64,000 bases of DNA from NCBI GenBank assembly GCA_963701095.1, contig OY969564.1, positions 1,920,001-1,984,000 on the forward strand. The letters run 5' to 3'. Numbering within the stretch: the stretch's first letter is position 1; each line of letters opens with the position of its first letter. This DNA is from an uncultured Methanoregulaceae archaeon. GTDB taxonomy: Archaea; Halobacteriota; Methanomicrobia; Methanomicrobiales; Methanospirillaceae. Below, in pieces: positions 11,439 to 21,525 of the stretch. The notes below the pieces were generated by a model. The model did no database searches, was not told the origin of the DNA, and saw nothing but the letters and a program-made list of their open reading frames with translations. Both the position numbers and the translations under genes were made by a program.

Positions 11439-12677
11439 ATGAAAGGCCAGTCCTTGAAAAAATCCCTTGCATTTCACCAGTATCTTTCCGAATATAAAGG
11501 TCCATCGGGAAAATCGATACGTAGGGAAGAGACTTCCGGATCTGAGGGCTTGATTAGGTATACAGGAGAATTCTGGACATCCCGCCAGCGCCAGGCGTCA
11601 TCCCTTCATGAAATCTCCTATCGCGCCTGTTTCAAACCCCAGCTGCCACGGTTTTTTATCAATCTGCTTACGCATGAAGGTAATATCGTATACGACCCAT
11701 TTGGCGGAAGGGGGACTACTGCGATTGAAGCCGGCCTTCTTGGCCGGCGGGTAATTGTAAACGATGCAAACCCATTATCCCGTGTCCTTACGGAACCGCG
11801 GTTTTTTCCACCTTTTGTAGAGGATGTGGTGTTGCGGCTTGCTACCATACCCCGTGACGGGGACAGAGCAGAGTGCGATCTTTCCATGTTCTATCACCCG
11901 GATACCGAGAGGGAGATTGTCGCATTGCGTCGTTATCTTCTCGAAAAAAAGGAAGATGGCGCTGATGATGCCATTGATCGCTGGATTGCCATGGTTGCAA
12001 CAAATCGCCTCACAGGACATTCGAGTGGTTTTTTCTCCGTATATACGCTCCCCCCAAATCAGGCTGTATCGCAGAAAAGCCAGGAACGTATCAACCGGAA
12101 CAGATGCCAGGTACCAGAATACCGGGATACTCACCGGCTTATTGTACGCAAAACGAAAAGCCTCATCTCCGGATTAACATCTGCTGATATCACAAATCTC
12201 CATTCTGCTGGTGCTGACGCCCGTTTTTTTACGGAAGATGCCCGAACAACACCGGGCATTGTCTCTGGGACAGTACAGCTTACGGTCACGTCACCACCTT
12301 TTCTAGATGTCGTTCAATACCAAGAGGATAACTGGCTCCGTTGCTGGTTCTGTGGCCTTGATGAAGACGCAATAGGCAACACAATTACAATGGCGAGAAC
12401 AATTAAAGATTGGGAGGTCGTTATGGCGGCAGTCTTCAGGGAGCTTTTCCGGATTACTACTCCTGGAGGATTTGTTGCTTTTGAGGTGGGTGAAGTGAGA
12501 AAAAAGACAGTGCGTCTTGAAGAGCAGGTGATACCGCTAGGCATCGACGCTGGTTTCACCTGTGACGGGATTATTATCAATCAACAATCCTTTTCGAAAA
12601 CATCCAATATCTGGGGCATCGACAACAACAAGTCCGGCACCAATACGAATCGGATTACAGTTTTTTTAAAACAGTAA
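11439..12677 (+). CDS. Orphan amino-methyltransferase (m4C/m6A DNA MTase)
   Basis: SAM-binding motif I VYDPFGGRGTT near the N-terminus and catalytic motif IV VTSPPF near the C-terminus. No adjacent endonuclease. The start may be at 11391. Confidence 0.82.
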   Translation: MKGQSLKKSLAFHQYLSEYKGPSGKSIRREETSGSEGLIRYTGEFWTSRQRQASSLHEISYRACFKPQLPRFFINLLTHEGNIVYDPFGGRGTTAIEAGLLGRRVIVNDANPLSRVLTEPRFFPPFVEDVVLRLATIPRDGDRAECDLSMFYHPDTEREIVALRRYLLEKKEDGADDAIDRWIAMVATNRLTGHSSGFFSVYTLPPNQAVSQKSQERINRNRCQVPEYRDTHRLIVRKTKSLISGLTSADITNLHSAGADARFFTEDARTTPGIVSGTVQLTVTSPPFLDVVQYQEDNWLRCWFCGLDEDAIGNTITMARTIKDWEVVMAAVFRELFRITTPGGFVAFEVGEVRKKTVRLEEQVIPLGIDAGFTCDGIIINQQSFSKTSNIWGIDNNKSGTNTNRITVFLKQ

Positions 12678-12805
12678 ATCCCCTCATCTCAAATGGTGAG
12701 GAACAGTCCCTTTTTCATTCACTGTGTCGCTCTGATCTTTGAGTTACCGTCTCATATTTTGAGAAAAAAGCCAGTGTTAAGTATCCAAAGTACCAAACTG
12801 TATCC

Positions 12806-14464
12806 ATGGTCACCCGTATCCGGCGGTATGCACAGATCATCGATATCCTGTGGAAGCACGGTTTTGGCATTGCATTGGAGAAAGCCTTCCCTGGCAAAAC
12901 CCGTTTCCGCCTCCCAGGTACTGATGAACAGGTGTCGGATCAATCCACGGTTTATGAAAGGGTGCGTGTGGCTCTCGAGGAACTTGGACCCACGTTTGTG
13001 AAATTCGGGCAGATAATGAGCACGAGGACGGAGATTTTCCCACCGGAGTTATTAACCAGCTGAAAAAGTCTCCAGGATCATGCAAAACCTCTGCCGTTTT
13101 CTGAAGTTATCGATGTAATCAGGGAGACCTGCCCGAATCTGGAAGACTGGTTCTGCGAGATTGATGAGACTCCGGTAGCCTCCGCCTCGATAGGTCAGGT
13201 TCATCGTGCTGTCCTTAAAGATGGAACTATTGTTGCAATCAAGATTCAACGCCCCGGAATCCCGGAACTCATAGAAACTGACCTCGCCATACTCCAGTCC
13301 ATGGCTGAACGCATCGAGGCGGTCTTCCCGGAAAGCAGGATGTACAATCCAACTGGTCTCGTAACGGACTTCGCCACTCAGATAAGAAAAGAACTAGATT
13401 TCACCCGCGACGGCCGGAATGCGGAACGCATGGCACGCAATTTCCGGGACGTACCGGGGGTCCATTTTCCAAAAATTTACTGGGAAAACTCCTCATCGCG
13501 ACTGCTGGTAATGGAATTTGTCAAAGGTGTTCGGGTAGATAACGTTGAAGCGATTACTGCACAGGGATCTGACCCCCACGACATTGCTGTCCGGGGATTC
13601 AATGCATACCTGAAAATGATTTTTGAGGATGGATTTTTCCATGGAGACCCTCATCCCGGCAACCTTCTTGTTTCTGAGATGGGGGATCTTGTCTTCCTCG
13701 ATTTTGGTATTGTCGGGGTATTGAGACCGGAGAAGAAGCAGCTTTTTATCAACCTACTTTTTGCCATGACCACCGATGACGTCGACATGATTATCAAGGC
13801 GCTCGAAGGTTTTGGAATAATCGTTGCCGAGGAAAAACGCGAGGAGCTCCGGGACGATCTCTACATCATGCTACACGATTTAGGCGGAGGGGATGAGATT
13901 GTTCAGTTCAATTTCGGGCTCATGATTAATGAGCTCACAGAGGTGATGCGGCGGTATAATCTTAAAGTGCCGATGAACCTGATGCTCCTTTTAAAGACAC
14001 TTGTCATGGTCTTCGATGTTGCTGTTCGGCTTGATCCCAAATTCAGCTTCGGCGGGGAGGTCGCTCCTTATCTGCGCAAGCTCGCCGACTCAAACGTGCT
14101 TTCTGCCGGCTATATGAAGCGGGCGTCCAATTCGCTCCTTGAGGCCGTCGATGCTGCATTTGATCTTCCCCGTAACGTAAACCTTATGCTCAAGCGCCTT
14201 TCAACAGGGACCATCCGGCTCGAGGTTGTAGATACTGACTTAAAGAAACTTCAGATGGCACTTGACCGGGCAAGCGATAAGATTATGATCGGTCTTGTCG
14301 TTGCCGCACTCGTGGTCGGTTCATCGCTTGTGCTTCAGGCCTCACCGGTCGCGATGCCAAAAGAGGTCATGTGGGTTGCCATACTTGGTTATACTGCCGC
14401 CGTTCTCTGCGGGTTCTATGCCATATATCATGTCATCTTCCTGAAACTGCGGCTCGAACGGTGA
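12806..14464 (+). CDS. ABC1/UbiB (AarF) family atypical kinase, with an in-frame TGA at 13061 probably created by two compensating indels
   Basis: [37 protein letters not shown] and LDFG motifs plus C-terminal TM helices. ORFs 12806 and 13301 are in the same frame. Confidence 0.9.
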
Positions 14465-14481
14465 ACATAGATTTTTTCCTG

Positions 14482-14994
14482 TTAGAGATCCCCGGTAATA
14501 CACGCCCAGGATTTCGTTTTTTGTGCTAATGTCATACGTGCATTCGCCGAACTAGTTGAAGGCAGAATGATATATGGCAATCCAGGGTTCATTTTTTTAT
14601 AGTAACGGCCTGAGGTATTACCATTGAGTGCAATATACCGGATTGTCGGATGATCCAAAACAAATCCCAGGATATCATTAGCGACAGGATCCCGGATTCC
14701 GGTATCCGCGCTGCCGTTACGGCTGCATGAAAAAAGGACATCCCAGAGTGCGATCCGTTGTTTTGTGAGGTGAGCGGTGCGGGAAATATATGGCAGCGTG
14801 TGGTCAATCCCAAACAGTATTTCCATAATTTTCCAGAACTGGTTCTGCGGGTTGCCGTAATATTCGTTTCTTGCAAGCGACTGGACGCTCGGGTAACTCC
14901 CTAGAATGAGAAGAACGGGATCCCTGCCATTAACAGGGAAAAGGCCATAATCTGCATGACTGGGTTCAATAGAAATCATAGGGTAAAACCACAA
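14482..14994 (-). CDS. DNA-deoxyinosine (hypoxanthine) glycosylase, UDG superfamily
   Basis: LILGSYPS..SL....YYGNPQNQFW, LWDV and LPSTSSANA motifs. Confidence 0.85.
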   Translation of the reverse strand: MWFYPMISIEPSHADYGLFPVNGRDPVLLILGSYPSVQSLARNEYYGNPQNQFWKIMEILFGIDHTLPYISRTAHLTKQRIALWDVLFSCSRNGSADTGIRDPVANDILGFVLDHPTIRYIALNGNTSGRYYKKMNPGLPYIILPSTSSANARMTLAQKTKSWACITGDL

Positions 14995-15012
14995 AAAGGA
15001 TTTTGTGTTCTT

Positions 15013-15294
15013 TTATTGTTTTTTGTAAAAGAGCAGGCAATGGCAATGCCCCTCTTTTGCGATTTCGTCTTTATGGTAAATGCAGGGGCATTCAATGGCG
15101 CGATCGCGTTCCTCGTCTCCGCTTCTTAGCCGGCAGGGACAGTATGGTCTTCCGAACTTCTTTTTATTCCGTGCTAGTCCACGAACTACGGTTTTTAAGT
15201 GTTCTTCGTCAGGATTAAGTACCCATCCGTTCTTTCGGGCTATTCCATGAGCCCATTTGAGCATATCAGCTTCATTTTCGGGATCTTCTGCCAT
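15013..15294 (-). CDS. Ferredoxin:thioredoxin reductase catalytic subunit-like protein
   Basis: YCPCR...ECPC...HCHCLLF motif; ATG at 15294 follows GAGGTG. Confidence 0.88.
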   Translation of the reverse strand: MAEDPENEADMLKWAHGIARKNGWVLNPDEEHLKTVVRGLARNKKKFGRPYCPCRLRSGDEERDRAIECPCIYHKDEIAKEGHCHCLLFYKKQ

Positions 15295-15358
15295 AGTAGC
15301 CCACCTCATCTTGGTGCCATGAGTATTCTTTTAGATTATCTTATATGTTATGAAATTT

Positions 15359-16135
15359 TTATTTTCCCTTTTTCACAATCAAAATTTTTTTCGTCAGTGC
15401 CGCGATCTTTTTTGAGGTCGCAGACTTAGGGTTGTTTATGATCCGTGCTGCAACCTGGTTATAGGTTACCATAACGTCGCCTTTGTTAAAACGATACACA
15501 TCTTTATCAAGAGATTCGCCACTCTTTTTATCCCAGAGTCGCATCGAGTCCATACTGATCTCATCGCCAAGATAGATTGTTTTTCCCTGCCGTCCGAACT
15601 CTATCTTGAAATCCACGAGGGTGATTCCCTGTTTTGCAAGCAGTTTGGAAAGAAGTACATTGACTTTAAGCGCGATCACTTTTATTTTTTTGAGCTCTGC
15701 TGGTGTTACAAGTCTGAGCGCTGCTATAAGATCGTCGTTGAGCATAGGATCATGCCGGGAATCGTCCTTGTAATCGATAACAATCACCGGGGGTTTTAAG
15801 GGACTTCCCTCCTTAAATGGATAGTTTTTGACAATTGAACCTGCTGCGAAGTTTCTGACGATCACTTCAAGGGGGATCATTGAGAGCTCTCGAACAAGCA
15901 TCCTGTGGTCATCGAGCATCTCGAGAAAATGCGTTTTTACGCCGTTTTTTTCCAGGTGGGAAAAGAAGAATGCAGAGACGCTGGCGTTATACGAACCCTT
16001 GTTTTTGAGTGTATCTTTTTTACCCCCATCAAACGCGGTGATATCGTCACGGAATTCAACGATCAGTTTTCCTTTTACATCAGTGCGAAAGACCGATTTA
16101 GCCTTGCCAGTATAGAGGAGGTTTTTCTGCTTCAT
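15359..16135 (-). CDS. purC: SAICAR synthetase
   Basis: LYTGKAK, FRDDITAFDG, IPLEVIVRN, LVDFKIEFG and LDKDVYR motifs. Confidence 0.96.
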   Translation of the reverse strand: MKQKNLLYTGKAKSVFRTDVKGKLIVEFRDDITAFDGGKKDTLKNKGSYNASVSAFFFSHLEKNGVKTHFLEMLDDHRMLVRELSMIPLEVIVRNFAAGSIVKNYPFKEGSPLKPPVIVIDYKDDSRHDPMLNDDLIAALRLVTPAELKKIKVIALKVNVLLSKLLAKQGITLVDFKIEFGRQGKTIYLGDEISMDSMRLWDKKSGESLDKDVYRFNKGDVMVTYNQVAARIINNPKSATSKKIAALTKKILIVKKGK

Positions 16136-17121
16136 GGTTGCCTGCTCTTCGTTCTAATATCTTGATCGAGCCGGTTTATTAGGGGTTGCAAGCCGGGGTC
16201 GTACCAGCCCTTGCGGATAAAGCGGGGATATATGCAAAGGCGTTCCCGGAGAGTTGCATCCCCCACCATTTTTTTAAGATCCTCCAACGCAGGCCACGGG
16301 TGTTCAGGGTTCACGTAATCGATAGTGACCGGCGATATACCGCCCAGATCATCAACCCCGCACGCGATAAGCCGGGACGCATCGATCAGGTTAGGTGCAA
16401 CCTGAATGGCTATCTCCTTTGGGAGAATCCGGCGTGCCATTTTTATTGTATCGCAAATCTCCTTTGTGCCTGGAACCCGGAACGCTGCCATAGGAGTGTT
16501 ATTCTTGGGGCAGAAATTCTGGAGTATTATCTCCTGGACGTGCCCGTATCTCCGGTGGACATCAGCTATCGCCTCAAGTGAGGCTTCTCGATCAGCAACC
16601 GTTTCACCAATCCCGAGAAGCAGACCTGTGGTAAACGGAATTTTGAGTTTTCCTGCATCCTCTAACATCGCAAGACGAATTTTTGGATCTTTTCCTTTGG
16701 ATCCGTGATGCGCCGGTATCGATGCTATGGTCTCGAGCATAAGCCCCATACTTGCATTCACCGTCCTAAGGTGCTTTAATTCATTGTACGAAAGGATACC
16801 GGCATTTGTATGTGGGAGGATCCCATGTTTGATGCTCACACAGCACATTGCTTCACAATAATCGAGAATTGTTTCATAACCTGTTTTCTCAAGATACGAA
16901 TCAAAGCCGGGTTCTTCCTCCGGGTGTTCGCCGAAGGTAAAAAGGGCTTCTGTGCAGCCGGTCTCTTTCCCTAGCACAAGCACTGCCTCGACTTCCTCCG
17001 GTGTCATGATGCATCCCTCATCCACGGGGGTACGAAATGAACAATAGCCGCACCGGTTGCGGCATACGCTGGTGAGGGGCAGAAAAACATTTTTAGTGAA
17101 GGTGATTTCCCGTGGATGCAT
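16132..17121 (-). CDS. cofG: FO synthase subunit CofG (radical SAM)
   Basis: ITFTKNVFLPLTSVCRNRCGYCSF, LPHTNAG, SMGLMLE and DYVNPEHPWP motifs. Confidence 0.94.
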   Translation of the reverse strand: MHPREITFTKNVFLPLTSVCRNRCGYCSFRTPVDEGCIMTPEEVEAVLVLGKETGCTEALFTFGEHPEEEPGFDSYLEKTGYETILDYCEAMCCVSIKHGILPHTNAGILSYNELKHLRTVNASMGLMLETIASIPAHHGSKGKDPKIRLAMLEDAGKLKIPFTTGLLLGIGETVADREASLEAIADVHRRYGHVQEIILQNFCPKNNTPMAAFRVPGTKEICDTIKMARRILPKEIAIQVAPNLIDASRLIACGVDDLGGISPVTIDYVNPEHPWPALEDLKKMVGDATLRERLCIYPRFIRKGWYDPGLQPLINRLDQDIRTKSRQP

Positions 17122-17263
17122 ACAATACGATTCTTTTTTGTACATGTAAAAATTAGTGGACAGACGATTTATGTGCGCGAATACAGAATCACAGTATGGC
17201 ATTTATATGATCCCTGCGAGATAGATGTTCATAATAAAAAGAGTAATTATTCCGTGATTTATT

Positions 17264-18290
17264 GTGATGCCCATTATTCTCATCGATGAAAAGACCGACC
17301 GCAGTGCCGCCCTTGGCAAGTATCTTACAAGCACCGGTTCTTATCGTGTGATAGCATCCTCTTCTCCTGAGGTTACAATCAGCCACGCTCTCACTGAAAA
17401 ACCAGGTGTTTTGATTGTCGTTCAAGATGAGGGACAAAATGGCATCATTTTCTTAAAAAATCTGCGGGACCAAAAAATCGATCTCCCGGTAATCATCCTT
17501 GCATGTGCCTATGATACGGATGCTTTCTGTTTCTCTGTCGCAAACGGTGCCGAATATATGATCATGGATGGGGATGTAGACAAATGGCATCCCCTGCTTA
17601 AACAATTGATTGAAAAAATATCTGCAAATCGCCAGATACAGGACAAATTAGCATTTCTGAACAAAAAATTAAACCTTGTCGGGAGCATAACCCGCCATGA
17701 TATACTCAACCAATTGACTGCGGTAAGTGGCTATACAGAGCTGCTGGAGATGACAACCGAAGATCCACAAATGCGATTATACATAGAAAAGGAACGATTT
17801 GCTATTGATAAAATACGAAAACTTCTCCAGTTCTCAAAAGACTACCAGAATATGGGATCGGAGCCACCCGTCTGGCAGACAATCTCATCCATAATCCGAC
17901 GTGCTGAGGATCTCATATCTTTAAAGGGAGTCACGATAAAAAATGCGAGTGGGACCGCTTCTGTATTCGCCGATCTATCTGTAGAAAAAGCTGCAGCTCA
18001 ACTTTTGGACAATTCAGTTCGGCATGGTCAAACGGTCTCTTCGATCAATATCTCGATACAAGAAGAAAAAGTGGGTTCTGTCCTCGTTATTGAGGATAAT
18101 GGTGTGGGCATTCCTGATCCCGATAAGGAGCGGATTTTCGAGCGTGGATTCGGCAAAAATACCGGATGGGGCCTTTTTCTTGCCCGGGAGATTCTTGCGA
18201 TTACTGATATGACCATTACTGAAACCGGGGTTCCGGGTAACGGAGACTCGTTTCGAGATTCATATCCCTGGAGATGTGTACAAGAATTAA
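17264..18290 (+). CDS. Receiver-like domain + histidine kinase, with an apparent 1-nt insertion near 18246
   Basis: HisKA TRHDILNQL, N-box LLDNSVRHG, EDNGVGI and TGWGL. The repair gives GARFEIHIPGDVYKN*, with TAA at 18288-18290. Confidence 0.88.
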
Positions 18291-18405
18291 GATGCAGGCA
18301 AATGCCCGGGAACCAGATCAGCTCATTTTTTGGTAATCCATGCTTCAGCACATGGGGAATGATATCAGCATCTTTTTTTGATAATCCTGCATATGAGGGT
18401 ATCAC

Positions 18406-19049
18406 ATGTGTCCCCATGCATTGATCCCCTTTAAGCCTGCAGGTCCGAAGAGCCGCTCTCCGGCATGCTCTCACCGGACGAACGGGAAACATTTGCGCGT
18501 GCGATGTTAGAAGATGTTATCGCAGCCGTAAAAGATGCGAACTGCAGCCCTGTAATCATTGCAACCGAGCTTTTTGATAGTGAAGATATCCAGATTACTA
18601 TTGCAGATAAGGACCTGAGTGGTACATTAAACGAAGTACTTTCTCAGGCAGCAGGACCCGTTCTGATCCTTATGGCTGATCTTCCACTTGCTACAGGCGA
18701 ATCAATCCGCCGTGTAGTAAATACTAAAAACGATATTGCAATTGTCCCGGGAAGGGGTGGGGGAACAAATGCGATTTTTGTAAAAGAACCCACCAAATTC
18801 CATGTCGATTATTACGGCATGAGTTTTTCAAAGCACATGCAGATAGTACGGGAAGCCGGGCTTTCCTGCGAAGTGGTGGATTCGTTTTTACTTCATACGG
18901 ACATCGATGAGGAAGACGATTTGGTGGAACTCCTTACTCATGGGACAGGAAAAAGCAGGAAATGCCTTGAAGATCTCGGGTTTACCCTCTCCTCGGAGCA
19001 TGGGCGGGTTGGTGTGAAAAGGAAAAACATGCCTCTCCAGCAATCTTAA
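18406..19049 (+). CDS. cofC: 2-phospho-L-lactate/phosphoenolpyruvate guanylyltransferase CofC, with a 1-nt deletion near 18455
   Basis: N-terminus MCPHALIPFKPAGPKSR continues after the shift as LSGMLSPDERETFARAMLEDV; also MADLP, GGGTNA and DIDEEDDL motifs. Confidence 0.9.
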
Positions 19050-19275
19050 TTTTTGTTATTTAATGGGGGGCGACATCCGATTTAACACGCCTTCGATATT
19101 TTATGTCCGATTTCTTTTTGGTGATCAACAGATTTCAACCGATAGCTAGAGAAAAAATCTGTGTTTCCCTTAAAGGAAAATAGAACAATTTCGCGCGCAT
19201 GTTATGTTTCTTTATCCGTAGGCTAGGTCATCGATACTGGTATCTCTTTAAAAGTTGGATATTAATGTGAACGTA

Positions 19276-19536
19276 ATGTACCTTCCTGAATGGTTCACTC
19301 CTGTCCTCATAGGGATTGATGTTCTTGTCATAGTTTACGGGCTTCAGGTCGCTTTCAACAAGAAACAGGTGTACGGTTGGTTTTTGGCTCTTGCGTTTTT
19401 TTTATTTGGGATAAAAGAGATTCTTCCTTACAACGGCGTGAACCTTCCTTTTGCCGCGGACGCGGCACTATCGGTTGCCGGTCTCGCCGCCGCACTTTGG
19501 GCCTTCTATCTGTTGGTAAAATCACTCCCCTCTTAA
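19276..19536 (+). CDS. Small 3-TM membrane protein
   Basis: Three hydrophobic segments and a YGW motif; resembles the ORF at 51872-52156. Confidence 0.65.
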   Translation: MYLPEWFTPVLIGIDVLVIVYGLQVAFNKKQVYGWFLALAFFLFGIKEILPYNGVNLPFAADAALSVAGLAAALWAFYLLVKSLPS

Positions 19537-19542
19537 AGTGGT

Positions 19543-20217
19543 TCACTTATTATCTCGATTCCGGCTCGGTTCTTTTGGAAGATCAGGATGGGTATTCCGG
19601 AATTGGATGAGTCCGTCACAGAATTCGCCCAGGTACCCGTCCATAGAGAGGCTTCCTTCCTGAAACCGGCATTCCTCCTCCTCAATTACCCGGTTGATCA
19701 AATTTTTTGTGGGAAGAAGAAGATCAATTTTCACCCCGGCTTTGACCGAACCGCGGATAAGAGCTTCGCGAAAAAGACCTATGCAATACGCGATTCTGTA
19801 TCTGTAAAGGTGACGGGTCTTATCCAGATATCCTGCAATCCGATCAGCTTCGATCGAAAGGAAATCCGCTTTGATTTTTTCATCGTTACATTTCCCGAGC
19901 ATATACTTGTAATGTGCATAGGGATACATCGTTTCAAGTTCGGCAGGTACAATCCCGCATGTACCAAAGATAACAATGTGGTATTGCGACTCATCAAATA
20001 CTTGTGAAATAATCATACGGATGAGCTGGTGGCTTGGGCTTGTGCTGTAAGGTTTTCTTACGGCACAAGGCATAAATATACCAATATCCCGTGGTTCAAT
20101 CTCGTATTCATCGATGATAAACCGATAGGACTGCTCAAATTCCTGCAGGTAGAATGGCGGACCGGTGAGTTCTGGTTTATTTGATTCATTATTTGGCTCT
20201 CGTGCGAAATTTCCCAT
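19543..20217 (-). CDS. DUF5591-type protein (related to the archaeosine synthase/TGT-associated domain)
   Basis: FMPCAVRKPYSTSPSH and GIVPAELE..YPY..Y motifs; ATG at 20217 follows GGAGAGG. Confidence 0.75.
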   Translation of the reverse strand: MGNFAREPNNESNKPELTGPPFYLQEFEQSYRFIIDEYEIEPRDIGIFMPCAVRKPYSTSPSHQLIRMIISQVFDESQYHIVIFGTCGIVPAELETMYPYAHYKYMLGKCNDEKIKADFLSIEADRIAGYLDKTRHLYRYRIAYCIGLFREALIRGSVKAGVKIDLLLPTKNLINRVIEEEECRFQEGSLSMDGYLGEFCDGLIQFRNTHPDLPKEPSRNRDNK

Positions 20218-20410
20218 GGCCTCTCCTAACAAAATCAATCACACACCAAATGAAACATCCGGTCGTGGTGGATTAGAATGATCCCATTTCATGACTCTTG
20301 ATTCTCCGGCAGATTACGAAGGAACTGTCTATCCCCGTGTTCCGACTTAAGCGTCGCATAAATTGCTACCAGTACTTTTTTTTCACTGCTTGAATACTAC
20401 TTATTTTTAG

Positions 20411-20989
20411 ATGTATAATGCAGAAGACCCGGAACTGAAACGACAGGTACAGTATCTTAAGATAGGGTTTACCGGGGTTCTTGCCAGATTTATCCTGATT
20501 ACGTATGGATTTCTTACAGGGAACAAGCCGGTATTGGACATAGGAGGAGGTTTGACATGCTGTTCAGCAGCAGTCCAAAGCGTATTGATTTTCTCTCAGT
20601 TCAGTACCCGCAATTTTGAAAAAGCTTCTTTTTCAGATCGAGATAATAGCCCAGGATTGGCGTTTGCCTATAAAGACTCACTTGTATCCCTAAACGGAGA
20701 GAGCATAACCTTTTTCAGGTATTCATTTCCTTTTGGAAAGAGCCGAAAGATTGCTTTTGCTGATATAGATCACATCACCATCAACGAGCCTTCGCTTGTG
20801 AATGGCAAATGGCGGATCTGGGGTTCTGGGGATTTTCGTACATGGTTTCCCCTAGACATTCACCGGTCCTCGTGCGATAAAATATTTATCATTAGTATGA
20901 AAAACGGGGGCACAAAGATTGGATTTTCTGTAGAGAATTCTCAGAATGTCACCACGCTGTTCGAGGAACATAATCTGATAGTCAAATAG
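20411..20989 (+). CDS. Hypothetical protein, with a hydrophobic N-terminus and a PH-like C-terminal domain
   Basis: 192-aa ORF containing a KWRIWGSGDFRTWFPLD segment; the fold assignment is a guess. Confidence 0.6.
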   Translation: MYNAEDPELKRQVQYLKIGFTGVLARFILITYGFLTGNKPVLDIGGGLTCCSAAVQSVLIFSQFSTRNFEKASFSDRDNSPGLAFAYKDSLVSLNGESITFFRYSFPFGKSRKIAFADIDHITINEPSLVNGKWRIWGSGDFRTWFPLDIHRSSCDKIFIISMKNGGTKIGFSVENSQNVTTLFEEHNLIVK

Positions 20990-21123
20990 TAAATATATGA
21001 CTTCGGACAAGAAGAGTGGTAGCCGAAAGGTAAGAAAAATATGAACCCGACCCTACTGTTTTTTCTTCGTTTGCGGAAATATAGTTCACAAAAATTTGAA
21101 TAAAAAGACCGGAGAGGAACGAT

Positions 21124-21504
21124 ATGCATTGGTATAGCTGGATTGTGCTGTTAGTGCTTATATGCGCCATTTTCGCTGGCTGTATATCAAGTAGTGTCCA
21201 AAATACTGCGATTCAGGTCACTACGGATACCTTGGATTCTTTTAACCCGGTAAATGTTGGTTCATTCGATTTCTATACTGCTGATTTCAAGGTAGAGAAC
21301 CCCACAAACAGGACGTTTGATAACGTCGTGGTTCAGGTTACCCTTATGCCGATTTCAACGTACTGCCACTCCCATTCGGCGACTTTTGATATCCCCACTA
21401 TCACTCCGCTGCAAAAAATGACTGAAACGTTTTCGTTCTCCGAATTTGCCGATCTTGACTGTTCCTACAACTTCACATCATCAGTAATGTCGGATCCGAT
21501 TTAG
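21124..21504 (+). CDS. Hypothetical lipoprotein
   Basis: Hydrophobic signal peptide with an FAGC lipobox; beta-rich mature part with two Cys. Confidence 0.7.
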   Translation: MHWYSWIVLLVLICAIFAGCISSSVQNTAIQVTTDTLDSFNPVNVGSFDFYTADFKVENPTNRTFDNVVVQVTLMPISTYCHSHSATFDIPTITPLQKMTETFSFSEFADLDCSYNFTSSVMSDPI

Positions 21505-21525
21505 ACGTCCAGCAAAGATCAGAGT

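Noticed and set aside
13061..13063. In-frame TGA in the ABC1 kinase as a selenocysteine or readthrough codon
   Set aside because: Two compensating indels around it restore a family-like PELINQLKKLQD, and the position is not a Cys-type site.
15359..15430. Lys-rich C-terminal tail on PurC
   Set aside because: An AGACT at 15422-15426 could be another AGCT error that changes the tail, so it cannot be interpreted without resequencing.
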